A DNA stretch of 53,569 nt from Octopus bimaculoides (taxonomy: Eukaryota), in contig NC_068984.1 of NCBI RefSeq assembly GCF_001194135.2, positions 83,047,213 to 83,100,781 on the forward strand. Direction: 5' to 3'. The notes below the pieces were generated by a model, which was given only the letters and a program-made list of their open reading frames with translations, was not told where the DNA came from and made no database searches. The translations under genes and the position numbers were made by a program. Shown here one piece after another: positions 35,687 to 46,085 of this stretch. Positions within the stretch are counted from its first letter, which is position 1. Each line of letters begins with the position of its first letter.

Positions 35687-37903
35687 ATGGCGGGTTTAAG
35701 AGTGGGTTATATAAACGTTCGTGGCTTGGAGTCACTCTTGAAGTAAGGTTGCTTACTCAACGACCTCAGGTCACTATCTATGGAAGTGACGGCATCAGTG
35801 AGACCAAGACTTCCGACGCACACGATTTAGTTCCTATTTTCGACGATTATGAGATCTATGTATTGAATATGAGGTGAGATGACAGTGCTGTTTATGGTGG
35901 TCCTGGTTATGAGCAATAGCTAAGGTAGTGCTTTTAGACTAGTCGCTATATACCCTTCCTCCAGGGTGGAGCAACCAGATTGCTTCTGACGTTTGGAGGT
36001 TTTCCCTGGGATGTCTCGCCATTTAGTGCTACTGGGCGATTGAAGCGCCGTCTTGGACTCAAACCTGGATAGGGTGGGGCAAGCAGATATGAGTGGGGAT
36101 GTAAAAGCTTCACAAACTTGCTCAGTCGCTTTCAACTGGCTGACAGGTACCGATTGGATTTCCCGAATGTGCCAGTGTGGACATGGGAAAACAGTATCAG
36201 GTCTTTCAAATTGTATCTAGAGAGATTAATTTGTAGGCCTGTAGACAGAAGTAGCATAAGCTATCCACAATTCAAAATCGGCAACACGATGTGGAAGCCC
36301 CTACAAATTTGTGATCTGCACAGTCGACCACAAATTTGTGATATGTACAGTCGACTTAAATAGGTTCCATAAGCAGTGCCCTGGATAATGGATGCTGAAC
36401 GCGTCTTTCCCGGCGCGTCAAGCTTTCGGTTATCGGCTTCGTAAGTTAGTCCATCGGAAGTTGTCGGGTACGAGCATCAACAACCGATGGTAGATAGTCT
36501 TGAAAAGGGTTATTAGAATAGAGGCGTTAGGGTTTTGTAAAGAAATAATGCTAGAAGGAGCCCAAGTTAGGAAACTAGAAGAAGCATTTAGAAGAGGCAT
36601 AGCAACCGAAGTGCTGGTGGCAAGATTGGCTCTTGATCAATTCTTCAATGCCAAGCACGAAAGTTGCGTTGTCAGAGCTAGAGTACGGGCGTTAAGATAC
36701 GAATGAATGAAAGCCATTCGATGACCTCGAACGGCAAAGGCACAACGTAGAAACAAAGTCACAATTTGGTCTTAGACGGACCGGGCCGGGTGCACGCAAC
36801 TCGAATCCAGGCGGATGTGTGCGGAATTTCGGTGGTACGTTGCCAAACTATTCGGAGCAGAAGACAGGGATGGATTTCACTCTTACATTGGCGACATGCC
36901 GCGCCTTTCGGCCAGGGATCTGGAGTTTTGCAAAATGCCAATAACAGCCGAAGACATACGGGACCTAATGACCAGCCGTACAAGGGATAAGCCTCCGAGG
37001 TTGGATGGTCTGCCATTCGAGCTTTACCTTCGTATTCCAGACTTCTTCGGTGATCTCTTGACTGATGTTCACAACAACTAACAGCAGAGCAGGAAAATTC
37101 CTAGTGCTGCGAGCCATGGCGGTGTGGTGCTGCTGAAAAAAGACCCGAACAAAGGGTACCAAATTGATAATTTTAGGCCTACAGCTCCACTGAACGCAGA
37201 TTACAAGATTTTGGCCAAGGTGTTAGCCAAAAGGTGGGCACTTGTTAATAAACTGGTCGGTGATGTGCAGACATGTCCTTTCCAAACAAATCTATCCACC
37301 ACAACCTCCATTTCACGCATTATATCATAGAGATGGTAGGTAAGGAACCTGGCATAGGTAGGACCTTAATCAATTTGTATCAATCAAAAATCTTTGATAG
37401 GGTCAATGGCCAATACTTGGAGGCTGTCCTTATCGGCGGCCGGTTTCGGTCCCGTCTTCATAGGCTGGATCGCTGCAATGTACAATGACATCTGCTCAGT
37501 TGTCAAAGTAAATGGCTTATTATCGTAATGACCACTCTCACCCCTTTTGTTCGTGCAGGCTTTCCAGCTATTTCTACGGAAACCCAGAAGTTGGATGTTT
37601 CGAGGAGTATCTCACGTGAACTAGGATGCGGATGACGGCACCATGACAGTATCGGACATCTCAGAAAGCGAAGTGATCAGCACTACCTTAAGGGAATACG
37701 AAGCGGTGACAGGAACAAGGATTAGCCAGAAGTCGGTGAGCCTGCAGATCGGCACCTGGAGAGGCAGCTCTATGCAATTCTACAGCGTCACTGGGCGCTG
37801 GACGGAAGGACCGGTTAAATCCTCGGAGTTTGATTTGGTCTGGAGCCCCCAGGAGGACAAGAACTGAGGAAGGTGGTGCGCAGGGTGACCAGTCCCACCC
37901 AGA
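35687..37903 (+). mobile_element. Tx1/L1-clade LINE ORF2 (AP endonuclease and RT), broken and 3'-truncated
   Basis: MAGLRVGYINVRGL (APE start), HLVLLGD*SAVLDSNLDR, VWTWENS, CVVRARVRAL, KPPRLDGLPFELY, VVLLKKDPNKG...NFRPTAPLNADYKILAKVLA, KIFDRV, DDGTMTVSD. Confidence 0.88.
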
Positions 37904-37904
37904 A

Positions 37905-38197
37905 AGTAAGAAAGTCAGGGTTGTGTAGAATGGAAAATTGTAAAGATAAAGCACTGTACAAGGACTTGAGAACGAATGAATGAAACTTAAAATAGGTGGA
38001 TAAAGAAAAGAATGCATGGGCAATTTCATAGGGATGTTGAAGATAAGACATACAGAGAAAAAAGATGGCTATGGATGAATAAAATTAATTTAAAACCGGA
38101 AACGGAGGTTCTAATCTGTGCTGCCCAAGAGCAAGTATTAAGAATCAATTACATCAAATACAGAATAGACAACACATCAAATACACAATAGACAACA
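37905..38197 (+). mobile_element. R4/Dong-type LINE fragment (post-RT region)
   Basis: MHGQFHRDVEDK...WLWMNKINLKPETEVLICAAQEQVLRINYIKYRIDNT, paralogous to the 32200-32856 piece. Confidence 0.85.
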
Positions 38198-38204
38198 AGT
38201 ACAA

Positions 38205-38224
38205 AATTATTATTATTATTACTA

Positions 38225-38282
<58 letters not shown>
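38205..38282. repeat. (ATT)n microsatellite
   Basis: Direct reading. Confidence 0.95.
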
Positions 38283-38284
<2 letters not shown>

Positions 38285-38679
38285 TTTTCATGAAGAATAT
38301 TGTGTAAAAGACTTAATTCTACCACTGAGACCTGGGCACCGTTAACATATTGGCTTTGTTGCAGGAATATGGGCCCAGGCTCCAGCATAGGAACATCTTG
38401 CAAATGATCTCTATCTATTATCAAAATTTGCCCCTCTGTAATAGAGCTCGCTCACTAGCGATCCACACCTGATTAATCCATAAAACCCCTTTAAGCTGAT
38501 AATAACGTTCTTCTATTTTCGGTTCTCCAGTATTTGCTTTTCACTAGCTACATCCTTTTTTTGCCTATCACGAGTACAATATATATCAGTGTATTGAGAA
38601 TCAATTATAGCGTAAAGTAAAATTTTGTGTCTTTATCAATCAAATGAAATTATTCCCCCTCTGTATTTCTTCATGTATG

Positions 38680-38716
38680 TGTGCGCGCGAGAGAGAGTGC
38701 ATGTGTGTGCATATGT

Positions 38717-38787
<71 letters not shown>
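38680..38787. repeat. (TG)n microsatellite
   Basis: Direct reading. Confidence 0.95.
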
Positions 38788-38788
<1 letters not shown>

Positions 38789-39177
38789 GTGCTAAAAGAA
38801 ACTGAAGGACAAAATACGAATATTATCTACCTATCTCTCTATTTATCTTCGTATCTACCTTGTATATGCATTTCAAGGAACAATTGTAAACTCGAATCTT
38901 GTAATGTAATAAATAACTTTAACGTATAATGTAATTAATTTATCTATTTATTTACGTAGTATATACATATCAAGAGAAAAAAATGATCTGCTAAGAATAC
39001 TAATAGAAATTTAATTATGATGGTTAAAAAGAAAAGGATATGCCATTTCAAAAGGTAGAATAACAAAATTAAAATTTTCTGTAACTAGCAAGATAAGACC
39101 GAATACTTGTAAATTTCAAAGAAGTCTAAAATATATATTGCAGTTCTTAACAATCAAGAGGATTTATGAGTGCTTAC

Positions 39178-39241
39178 ACAAGACCGAATGTTACGTACCA
39201 GAATATATATATATATATCCGTACGTAATATTCGGTCTTGT
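39178..39241. repeat. 21-bp inverted repeat around a (TA)n tract
   Basis: ACAAGACCGAATGTTACGTAC / GTACGTAATATTCGGTCTTGT, 1 mismatch. Confidence 0.85.
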
Positions 39242-39269
39242 ATATATATATATATATATGCGTGTATAT

Positions 39270-39666
39270 ATAATTCTAATTAAGAGTGCCGAAGAGGTAC
39301 TATCATGTTAGCAATAGCAGTCAAAACTGACTCTAAAACCACATCGTGTATTCATAAAGCACAGGTGAAAAGACAAATGTAGAAAGAAATTAACAAAAAA
39401 TTAATGGTTAACTCCAGATCAGTATGTTGTATATAGATGTATTTGTAATTATGTACTAATCTTGGTATATTTCCACTGATGAAGACAAAGTATTTTACTA
39501 CTAAGCCAGAAATCTTTGATCTGAAGTTAACGATTCATTTTTTGCTAATTTCTTTTACATTTATCTTTCCACCTGTGCTGTATGAAAACATGATGTGGTT
39601 TTAGAGTCAGTTTTGACTGCTATTTCTAGCATGGTGGTACCCTTCGGTACCCTTAATTATAATTAT
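39270..39666. mobile_element. Foldback element: arms of about 150 bp (39270-39421 / 39517-39666) with a hammerhead-like core in the loop
   Basis: Arms differ at about 16 substitutions and 2 indels by eye; loop contains TTCCA-CTGATGA-AGAC...GCCAGAAATC (39471-39514). Confidence 0.8.
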
Positions 39667-39852
39667 GTTTATATAATTATATGGCTATAATAATTATTAC
39701 CTATACGTTTTTTTTTCCATGCTGGCCACTTGATATTAATGTTGTTAAAAAATGGTCTTATCCTTTTTATATATGTATATGTATAATCATCATAAATATA
39801 CAGGGATTAGCAATTGAGTTGCTTCTCCAACATACTGAAAATTTAGAAATAG

Positions 39853-40090
39853 CAGTCAAAGAACTACTGATTCCAAACTACAAATTTTTCTCTAAAGCGG
39901 ATGGCGATATTTATGGCACACATAGAACAAAAACCGGAGGGAAAAGTGTAAACAAACCAAGCCTTTAGTTAATTGGATAGGCTTGGTTTGTTTACACTTT
40001 TCCCTCCGGTTTTTGTTCTATGTGTGCCATAAATATCGCCATCCGCTTTAGAGAAAAATTTGTAGTTTGGAATCAGTAGTTCTTTGACTG
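39853..40090. repeat. Apparently perfect 112-bp palindrome (39853-39964 / 39979-40090) ending at a gap
   Basis: Arms read as exact reverse complements around the 14-nt spacer TTAGTTAATTGGAT. Confidence 0.92.
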
Positions 40091-40817
40091 NNNNNNNNNN
40101 NNNNNNNNNNNNNNNNNNNNNNNNNNNNNNNNNNNNNNNNNNNNNNNNNNNNNNNNNNNNNNNNNNNNNNNNNNNNNNNNNNNNNNNNNNNNNNNNNNNN
40201 NNNNNNNNNNNNNNNNNNNNNNNNNNNNNNNNNNNNNNNNNNNNNNNNNNNNNNNNNNNNNNNNNNNNNNNNNNNNNNNNNNNNNNNNNNNNNNNNNNNN
40301 NNNNNNNNNNNNNNNNNNNNNNNNNNNNNNNNNNNNNNNNNNNNNNNNNNNNNNNNNNNNNNNNNNNNNNNNNNNNNNNNNNNNNNNNNNNNNNNNNNNN
40401 NNNNNNNNNNNNNNNNNNNNNNNNNNNNNNNNNNNNNNNNNNNNNNNNNNNNNNNNNNNNNNNNNNNNNNNNNNNNNNNNNNNNNNNNNNNNNNNNNNNN
40501 NNNNNNNNNNNNNNNNNNNNNNNNNNNNNNNNNNNNNNNNNNNNNNNNNNNNNNNNNNNNNNNNNNNNNNNNNNNNNNNNNNNNNNNNNNNNNNNNNNNN
40601 NNNNNNNNNNNNNNNNNNNNNNNNNNNNNNNNNNNNNNNNNNNNNNNNNNNNNNNNNNNNNNNNNNNNNNNNNNNNNNNNNNNNNNNNNNNNNNNNNNNN
40701 NNNNNNNNNNNNNNNNNNNNNNNNNNNNNNNNNNNNNNNNNNNNNNATAGCACTTAACAGTTGAAACCGATAGCAACTTTCGATCAATTTCTCAAACCAT
40801 TTTTTCTTTTGTTTTAT

Positions 40818-40925
40818 ACCTACCTACCTACCTACCTACCTACCTACCTACCTACCTACCTACCTACCTACCTACTTACCTACCTACATACATACATACA
40901 TACATACATATCTATCTATCTATCT
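40818..40925. repeat. (CCTA)n-(CATA)n-(CTAT)n compound tetranucleotide tract
   Basis: Direct reading. Confidence 0.95.
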
Positions 40926-40934
40926 GTGTGTATA

Positions 40935-41590
40935 TGATGATGATGATGACTGTTCACTTGTGACCGATAAAGACCATCAATGAGCATTGGCCATGTAAAA
41001 TGCCAGCAATGCCCGTGCAGTTGGCTTCGCCTGGTTTCGCGTCCGCAGCTTCCACACTCACCACCGTGATGTCTTCCCACACGACCGGGCATCAGATAGT
41101 CGCCTTGCCGGCGATTGCAAAACCTAAAATTGTAGGCCCAGTAAGTCTTACACAACACCTCACAAACCCTCTCCACCCTACTGACATAATCCAGAGACAA
41201 GCCTAAACAAGGTATCCAGTGTCAATATGGATGGCAGGCTCAAGAATATAGGAGTGCCATGATGTCAAACGCCAGCAAATGTACTCCAAAACGTTCAATG
41301 CCATTTCCTGCATATCTAGTTTTATATTAGAATAACCTTCTCCTAGAGATAAGCTTTAGCAAAAGCTAAGGAGTGCCTCACTCCCAGTGGTACTCCAGCA
41401 CGCTGGACATCAACCCGGAATTCCTGAGGGCCCATGTTATTGCTAGATAGTCGTTGAACCTACACTAGGTTCATCTGTCCTTTGGACAGGTCTTGCTTTT
41501 AATCCTGCTGGATTTCTAGCAACCTTCCTCACCAGGCAAGCCTAGTGGAAGTACCGGTTTAGTCGACGACGACCTGACCATGCTGCAGGT
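40935..41590 (-). mobile_element. GC-richer unclassified interspersed repeat with (CAT)n 3' tail
   Basis: Sharp composition shift and a (CAT)n end on the minus strand; no protein motif recognised. Confidence 0.4.
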
Positions 41591-42137
41591 TGTACTGGAT
41601 TCCATATTAACAGTAGCACTCATAAGGGGCCTGATACATGTATGTATGTATATTTATATCTATTCGTGTGTGTGTGTGTGTGTGTATCTAAATGCATATA
41701 TACATGCTTATACATCTTTCTCTCTCTCTGTATATATACATATATATATANNNNNNNNNNNNNNNNNNNNNNNNNNNNNNNNNNNNNNNNNNNNNNNNNN
41801 NNNNNNNNNNNNNNNNNNNNNNNNNNNNNNNNNNNNNNNNNNNNNNNNNNNNNNNNNNNNNNNNNNNNNNNNNNNNNNNNNNNNNNNNNNNNNNNNNNNN
41901 NNNNNNNNNNNNNNNNNNNNNNNNNNNNNNNNNNNNNNNNNNNNNNNNNNNNNNNNNNNNNNNNNNNNNNNNNNNNNNNNNNNNNNNNNNNNNNNNNNNN
42001 NNNNNNNNNNNNNNNNNNNNNNNNNNNNNNNNNNNNNNNNNNNNNNNNNNNNNNNNNNNNNNNNNNNNNNNNNNNNNNNNNNNNNNNNNNNNNNNNNNNN
42101 NNNNNNNNNNNNNNNNNNNNNNNNNNNNNNNNNNNNN

Positions 42138-42201
42138 ACGTTCCTGTTCATCGGACAGTTTTGTTAGAAATCTAACAAAACTGTCCGATGAACGGGAACG
42201 T
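42138..42201. repeat. 31-bp inverted repeat with 2-nt spacer, overlapping a hammerhead
   Basis: ACGTTCCTGTTCATCGGACAGTTTTGTTAGA-AA-TCTAACAAAACTGTCCGATGAACGGGAACGT, 1 mismatch; the left arm abuts a gap. Confidence 0.92.
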
Positions 42202-42218
42202 GAAACTCAGAGTAACGG
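42181..42218 (+). ncRNA. Minimal type I hammerhead ribozyme motif (U4C core variant)
   Basis: CTGT-CCGATGA-ACG-GGAA-CGT-GAA-ACTC-A-GAGT-A-ACGG; GNRA-capped stem II, near-palindromic stem III, GUA triplet. Confidence 0.7.
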
Positions 42219-42252
42219 TTTTTTTGTTATATTTCTGCTGCTTTTAAATAAA

Positions 42253-42293
<41 letters not shown>

Positions 42294-42772
42294 AGTGTGT
42301 ATGTGTGTGTATGTGTGTGTGTATGTATGTATGTATGTATGTATGTATACACATATACACACGTATAGCTGAACTAGTTTCAATCCTGTTTTAGGTGGCA
42401 ATAATTTATTAAAGGAAACTTGCTGCCAAGAATGCGCTATGTATACAAATCGGACTATCCCATTTAAGCCCTAAGATATAGTTTATAAATATCCGTTGAG
42501 AGTTAAATAGGGTACTCGGTTATTAACAACATTTCACTGTATGAGTGGAATAAATTCAGCCGATCCCTATCTATCTATCTACAAAATTATTATGCATAAT
42601 GACAAAGTGCTTATATTTGTCTATATATAAAGTTGGCTAAATAACTATAGATATAGTCTGTAGTACATAAAGTACAGTGGTTGTAAAGAACCAATCCTTC
42701 CTATCACGTTCTCTAAGATGGTTATAAGGTCTTACATTTATGGAACGGTTAAAAGCGATTAGATTGAATACA

Positions 42773-42836
<64 letters not shown>
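42773..42836. repeat. (TA)n(GA)n microsatellite
   Basis: Direct reading. Confidence 0.95.
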
Positions 42837-43058
42837 GTTATGAGAGGTAATGGGTAATGGTGTCAATAAGACTCAAAGGTGTCAGGTAATGCTGAGTAAG
42901 AGCTATGGATAGACCATAATTAAGCTTCAGGTTCGGTGATTATACGAATAAGGAGTCCAACGTAGGTCATATATCAGCATATGTATATATATAAAAAATT
43001 TGTTTCAGAATGAGATAAAAAACTAAGGCAGTGAAGATTTTAGAACATTTAGAAATAG

Positions 43059-43106
43059 GTCTTACAGCTGTTTCCAGGATATTTATTATATCCCTTCATC
43101 GGAGAC
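43059..43106 (-). ncRNA. Type I hammerhead ribozyme motif (U4C core variant)
   Basis: Minus: GTCT-CCGATGA-A-GGGATAT-AATAA-ATATCCT-G-GAAAC-AGCT-GTA-AGAC; palindromic stem III ACAGCTGT. Confidence 0.72.
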
Positions 43107-43349
43107 GGTTTGAGAAGATGGTTAAGCAATAGTTAATTTAGATAAGATATGAAATAGAGAGTGAAGTGGAGGAATGAAAATAAAATAAAAATAAAAGACA
43201 AAGTCGGTGCAGGCAGGATTTGAAGTCTGAACGTACAGGGACGTAGCTAACAATTGAAAACAATCTTCATCGTTTCATTGAATATATACCCTGTCCTCCA
43301 CCAGCAGCAGCAGCAGCAGCTGTAGTAAAAACTAGAACCTTAATTATAA

Positions 43350-43540
43350 TGATTTCTAACATAAGCTGAACCAAACAAGTATTGTGGAAGGACGAAATGG
43401 TAGTTCATTATATCAACCCCAACAACACACTAGTGCTTTTGTACTTTCGAAGGATGAACGATAATTTGACCCCGGTGGGATCTGATGTCAAATTCCGAAG
43501 AAATGGAAGCAAAGACTGCCACATATTTTGCCCGAAACAC
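43350..43540 (-). mobile_element. Decayed SINE family A
   Basis: Worn GATTTCTAACATAAG...CGAAGGATGAA...TTGACCCCGGTGGGATCTGATGTCAAA. Confidence 0.5.
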
Positions 43541-44235
43541 CAGAAGGAACTGGCTGTTCATACGTTCACAGGAGAAGCAAATAACTAAAGTAAAGCGAAC
43601 GATGGACATTTACAAAATAATATACTATACCCATTCGGTGTTCAGCGCATACATATTACGCACACACACACACACACATACACACACATACAAACACAAA
43701 CATCATCGAACTTAAGTAAACGTAATTACATAGCTATATGCTGTGGAAGCATGGTCAGTACATGAGAATGATTGCAACAATTAGGTATGTTACGAAAACA
43801 CATAAACACACACAAACAATAAAACATTTCAAAACCAAGTTAATGATGCAACCGTAATAAGAATTTTGGGCAGGCAGATTATCTGTAGCACAAAATATAT
43901 AGCAGAGGAAGGGGTGGGGGATTATATTATAGATGGAACAGTAACGAGTAAAACAAGGCATCGTAACCATGGCTACGCCTAAACAAACGATTAAAGCAAA
44001 GATTGTTTAAGCAAAGCAAACAGAATTCAGTACATAAATGGATGTCAGAAGATGAAGTAAACGAAACTGTGACATTTATATAATGTTTGAAAGAAGCCGA
44101 AATGGCATAGCACGATTATCAAATAAAACGCAACAGAATACGGAAAAGATATATTACGAGATTAACAGGAGGTATGGATTCACAATATACGAAAAATGTT
44201 GCTAACACTACGCTATTATTGAATATAACAACCAT

Positions 44236-44617
44236 TGTTGTTGTTATTGGCACTCCGTCGCTTACGACGTCGAGGGTTCCACTTGATCCGATCAACGGAA
44301 CAGCCTGCTCGTGAAATTAACGTGCAAGTGGCTGAGCACTCCACAGACACGTGTACCCTTAACGTAGTTCTCGGGGGAGATTCAGCGTGACAAGGCTGAC
44401 CCTTTGAATTACAGGCACAACAGAAACAGGAAGTAAGAGTAAGAGAAAGTTGTGGCGAAAGAGTACAGCAAGGTTCGCCACCATCCCCTGCCGGAGCCTC
44501 GTGGAGCTTTAGGTGTTTTCGCTCAATAAACACTCACAACGCCCGGTCTGGGAATCGAAACCGCGATCCTATGACCGTGAGTCCAATGCCCTAACCACTG
44601 GGCCATTGCGCCTCCAC
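44236..44617 (-). mobile_element. SINE family C, full length, (CAA)n tail, 11-bp target-site duplication
   Basis: ATAACAACCAT at 44225-44235 and 44618-44628; tRNA-like head GTGGAGGCGCAATGGCCCAGTGG...GGTTTCGATTCCC. Confidence 0.92.
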
Positions 44618-44629
44618 ATAACAACCATA

Positions 44630-45273
44630 ATAATAATAATGGTTTTTAATTTTGGCACAAGGCCATCAATTTCGGCGGAAGGGGTAAGTTCATTACATCG
44701 ACCCAGTATTCAACTAGTACGTATTTTATCTGTCCCTGAAAGGCAATGTTAACCTCGCCGGGATTTGAACACAGAAAGTGAAAAGTCGGACGAAATGCCG
44801 CTATGAATTTTATCCGACGCACTAACGATTCTACTAGCTTAACGCCTCAAAAATTTATTTATAATAATCCTTTCTACTATAAGCACAAGGCCTGAAATTT
44901 TGAAGGAGGGCGCTTGCCGATTACTTCAGTCCTAATACTCAACTAGTACTTATTTTGTTGAATTTAAACTTAGAATGTAATGACAGACGAAATTCCACTA
45001 CGCATTTAATCCGGTGTACTAGCGATTCTGCCACCTCTTCGCTTTAATAGTAATTAAGATCAAAATCCTTTCTATTACAGGCACAAGGCCTGAAATTTTT
45101 GGGAAGAGGACTAGTCGATTACATCGACTCCAATGCTTCACTAGTTTTGTCAACCCCAAAAGGATGAAAAGCAAAGTCGACCTCGGCAGAATTTGAACTC
45201 AGAACGTAAGTACGGATGAAATGTCGCAAAGTACTTTTGAATGGCGTACTAACGATTCTGCCAGCTCGTCGCC
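44630..45273 (-). mobile_element. Three head-to-tail SINE family A copies (44630-44846, 44862-45043, 45063-45273)
   Basis: Each has a tail, GTCGATTACATCGAC-type segment, core and tRNA-like head, joined by short AAT-rich linkers. Confidence 0.88.
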
Positions 45274-45871
45274 TTAATAATAATTATAATAATGACGGGA
45301 TATTGTTATCAAGAGCCACCAGGAAACCTATTCGAAACAGTCAATAATGTACCATCAAATACATTATCGTCTGTTATACATGCTCTAATAAATATAAAGA
45401 CCTGGAAACCAGATTGTGAAGAATGAGAACAGAAATAATCTCATTAATACTAAATGCCTTTGGAACGATGAAAAAAGATGCCGACAAACACGTAACGAGA
45501 ACATCCAGGATTTCCAAATATATACGATATAGAAATACAAGCCAAGAAGGGTGCTCCTATGAAGTCAACTAACTTGTAAGCAGTACCAGCCAAATTTTCT
45601 TAAATTACGGTCTAATTTAGGAAGACGAACATTTAACAATTTAAATCTCTCTCTCTCCCTTTTCATTCTCTCTCCCTTTCTTTCTCTCTCCCTTTCTTTC
45701 TTTCTTTCTTTCTTAACGCTAGATATATGTTTTTTTAAAAAATGAAATCATAGCTTTGACGTCTGCTCCGACAGGATCGACCCGAAGCTATATAACAACA
45801 GTACAGAAATGTTAACATTAGGCATAGTATATAGATTACGGAAAATAATATTAGTACAAAAAAAAAAAGTT

Positions 45872-46085
45872 GGCGAGCTGGCAGAATCATTAGCACGCTG
45901 GACGAAATGCTTCGCGGTATTTCGCCCGTCGCTACGTTTTAAGTTCAAATTCCGCCCCGGTCGACTTTGCCTTTTATCCTTTCGAGGTCGATGAAATAAG
46001 TACCAGTTATGCATCGGGGTCGATGAAATCGACTATCCCTCTCCCTCAAATTTCAGGCCTTGTGCCTATTGTAGAAAAGAATATT
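45872..46085 (+). mobile_element. SINE family A, full length
   Basis: GGCGAGCTGGCAGAATC...GTTCAAATTCC...TTTCAGGCCTTGTGCCTATTGTAGAAAAGA. Confidence 0.9.

Noticed and set aside
41490-41590. HDV-like ribozyme at the repeat 5' end (also considered at 19490-19545)
   Set aside because: Only partial P1/P3 pairing; P1.1 and J4/2 could not be assigned.
1111-42294. Long ORFs containing X runs, and His/Thr, Cys/Val, Tyr/Ile or poly-Asn/Ile ORFs
   Set aside because: They are produced by N gaps and microsatellites.
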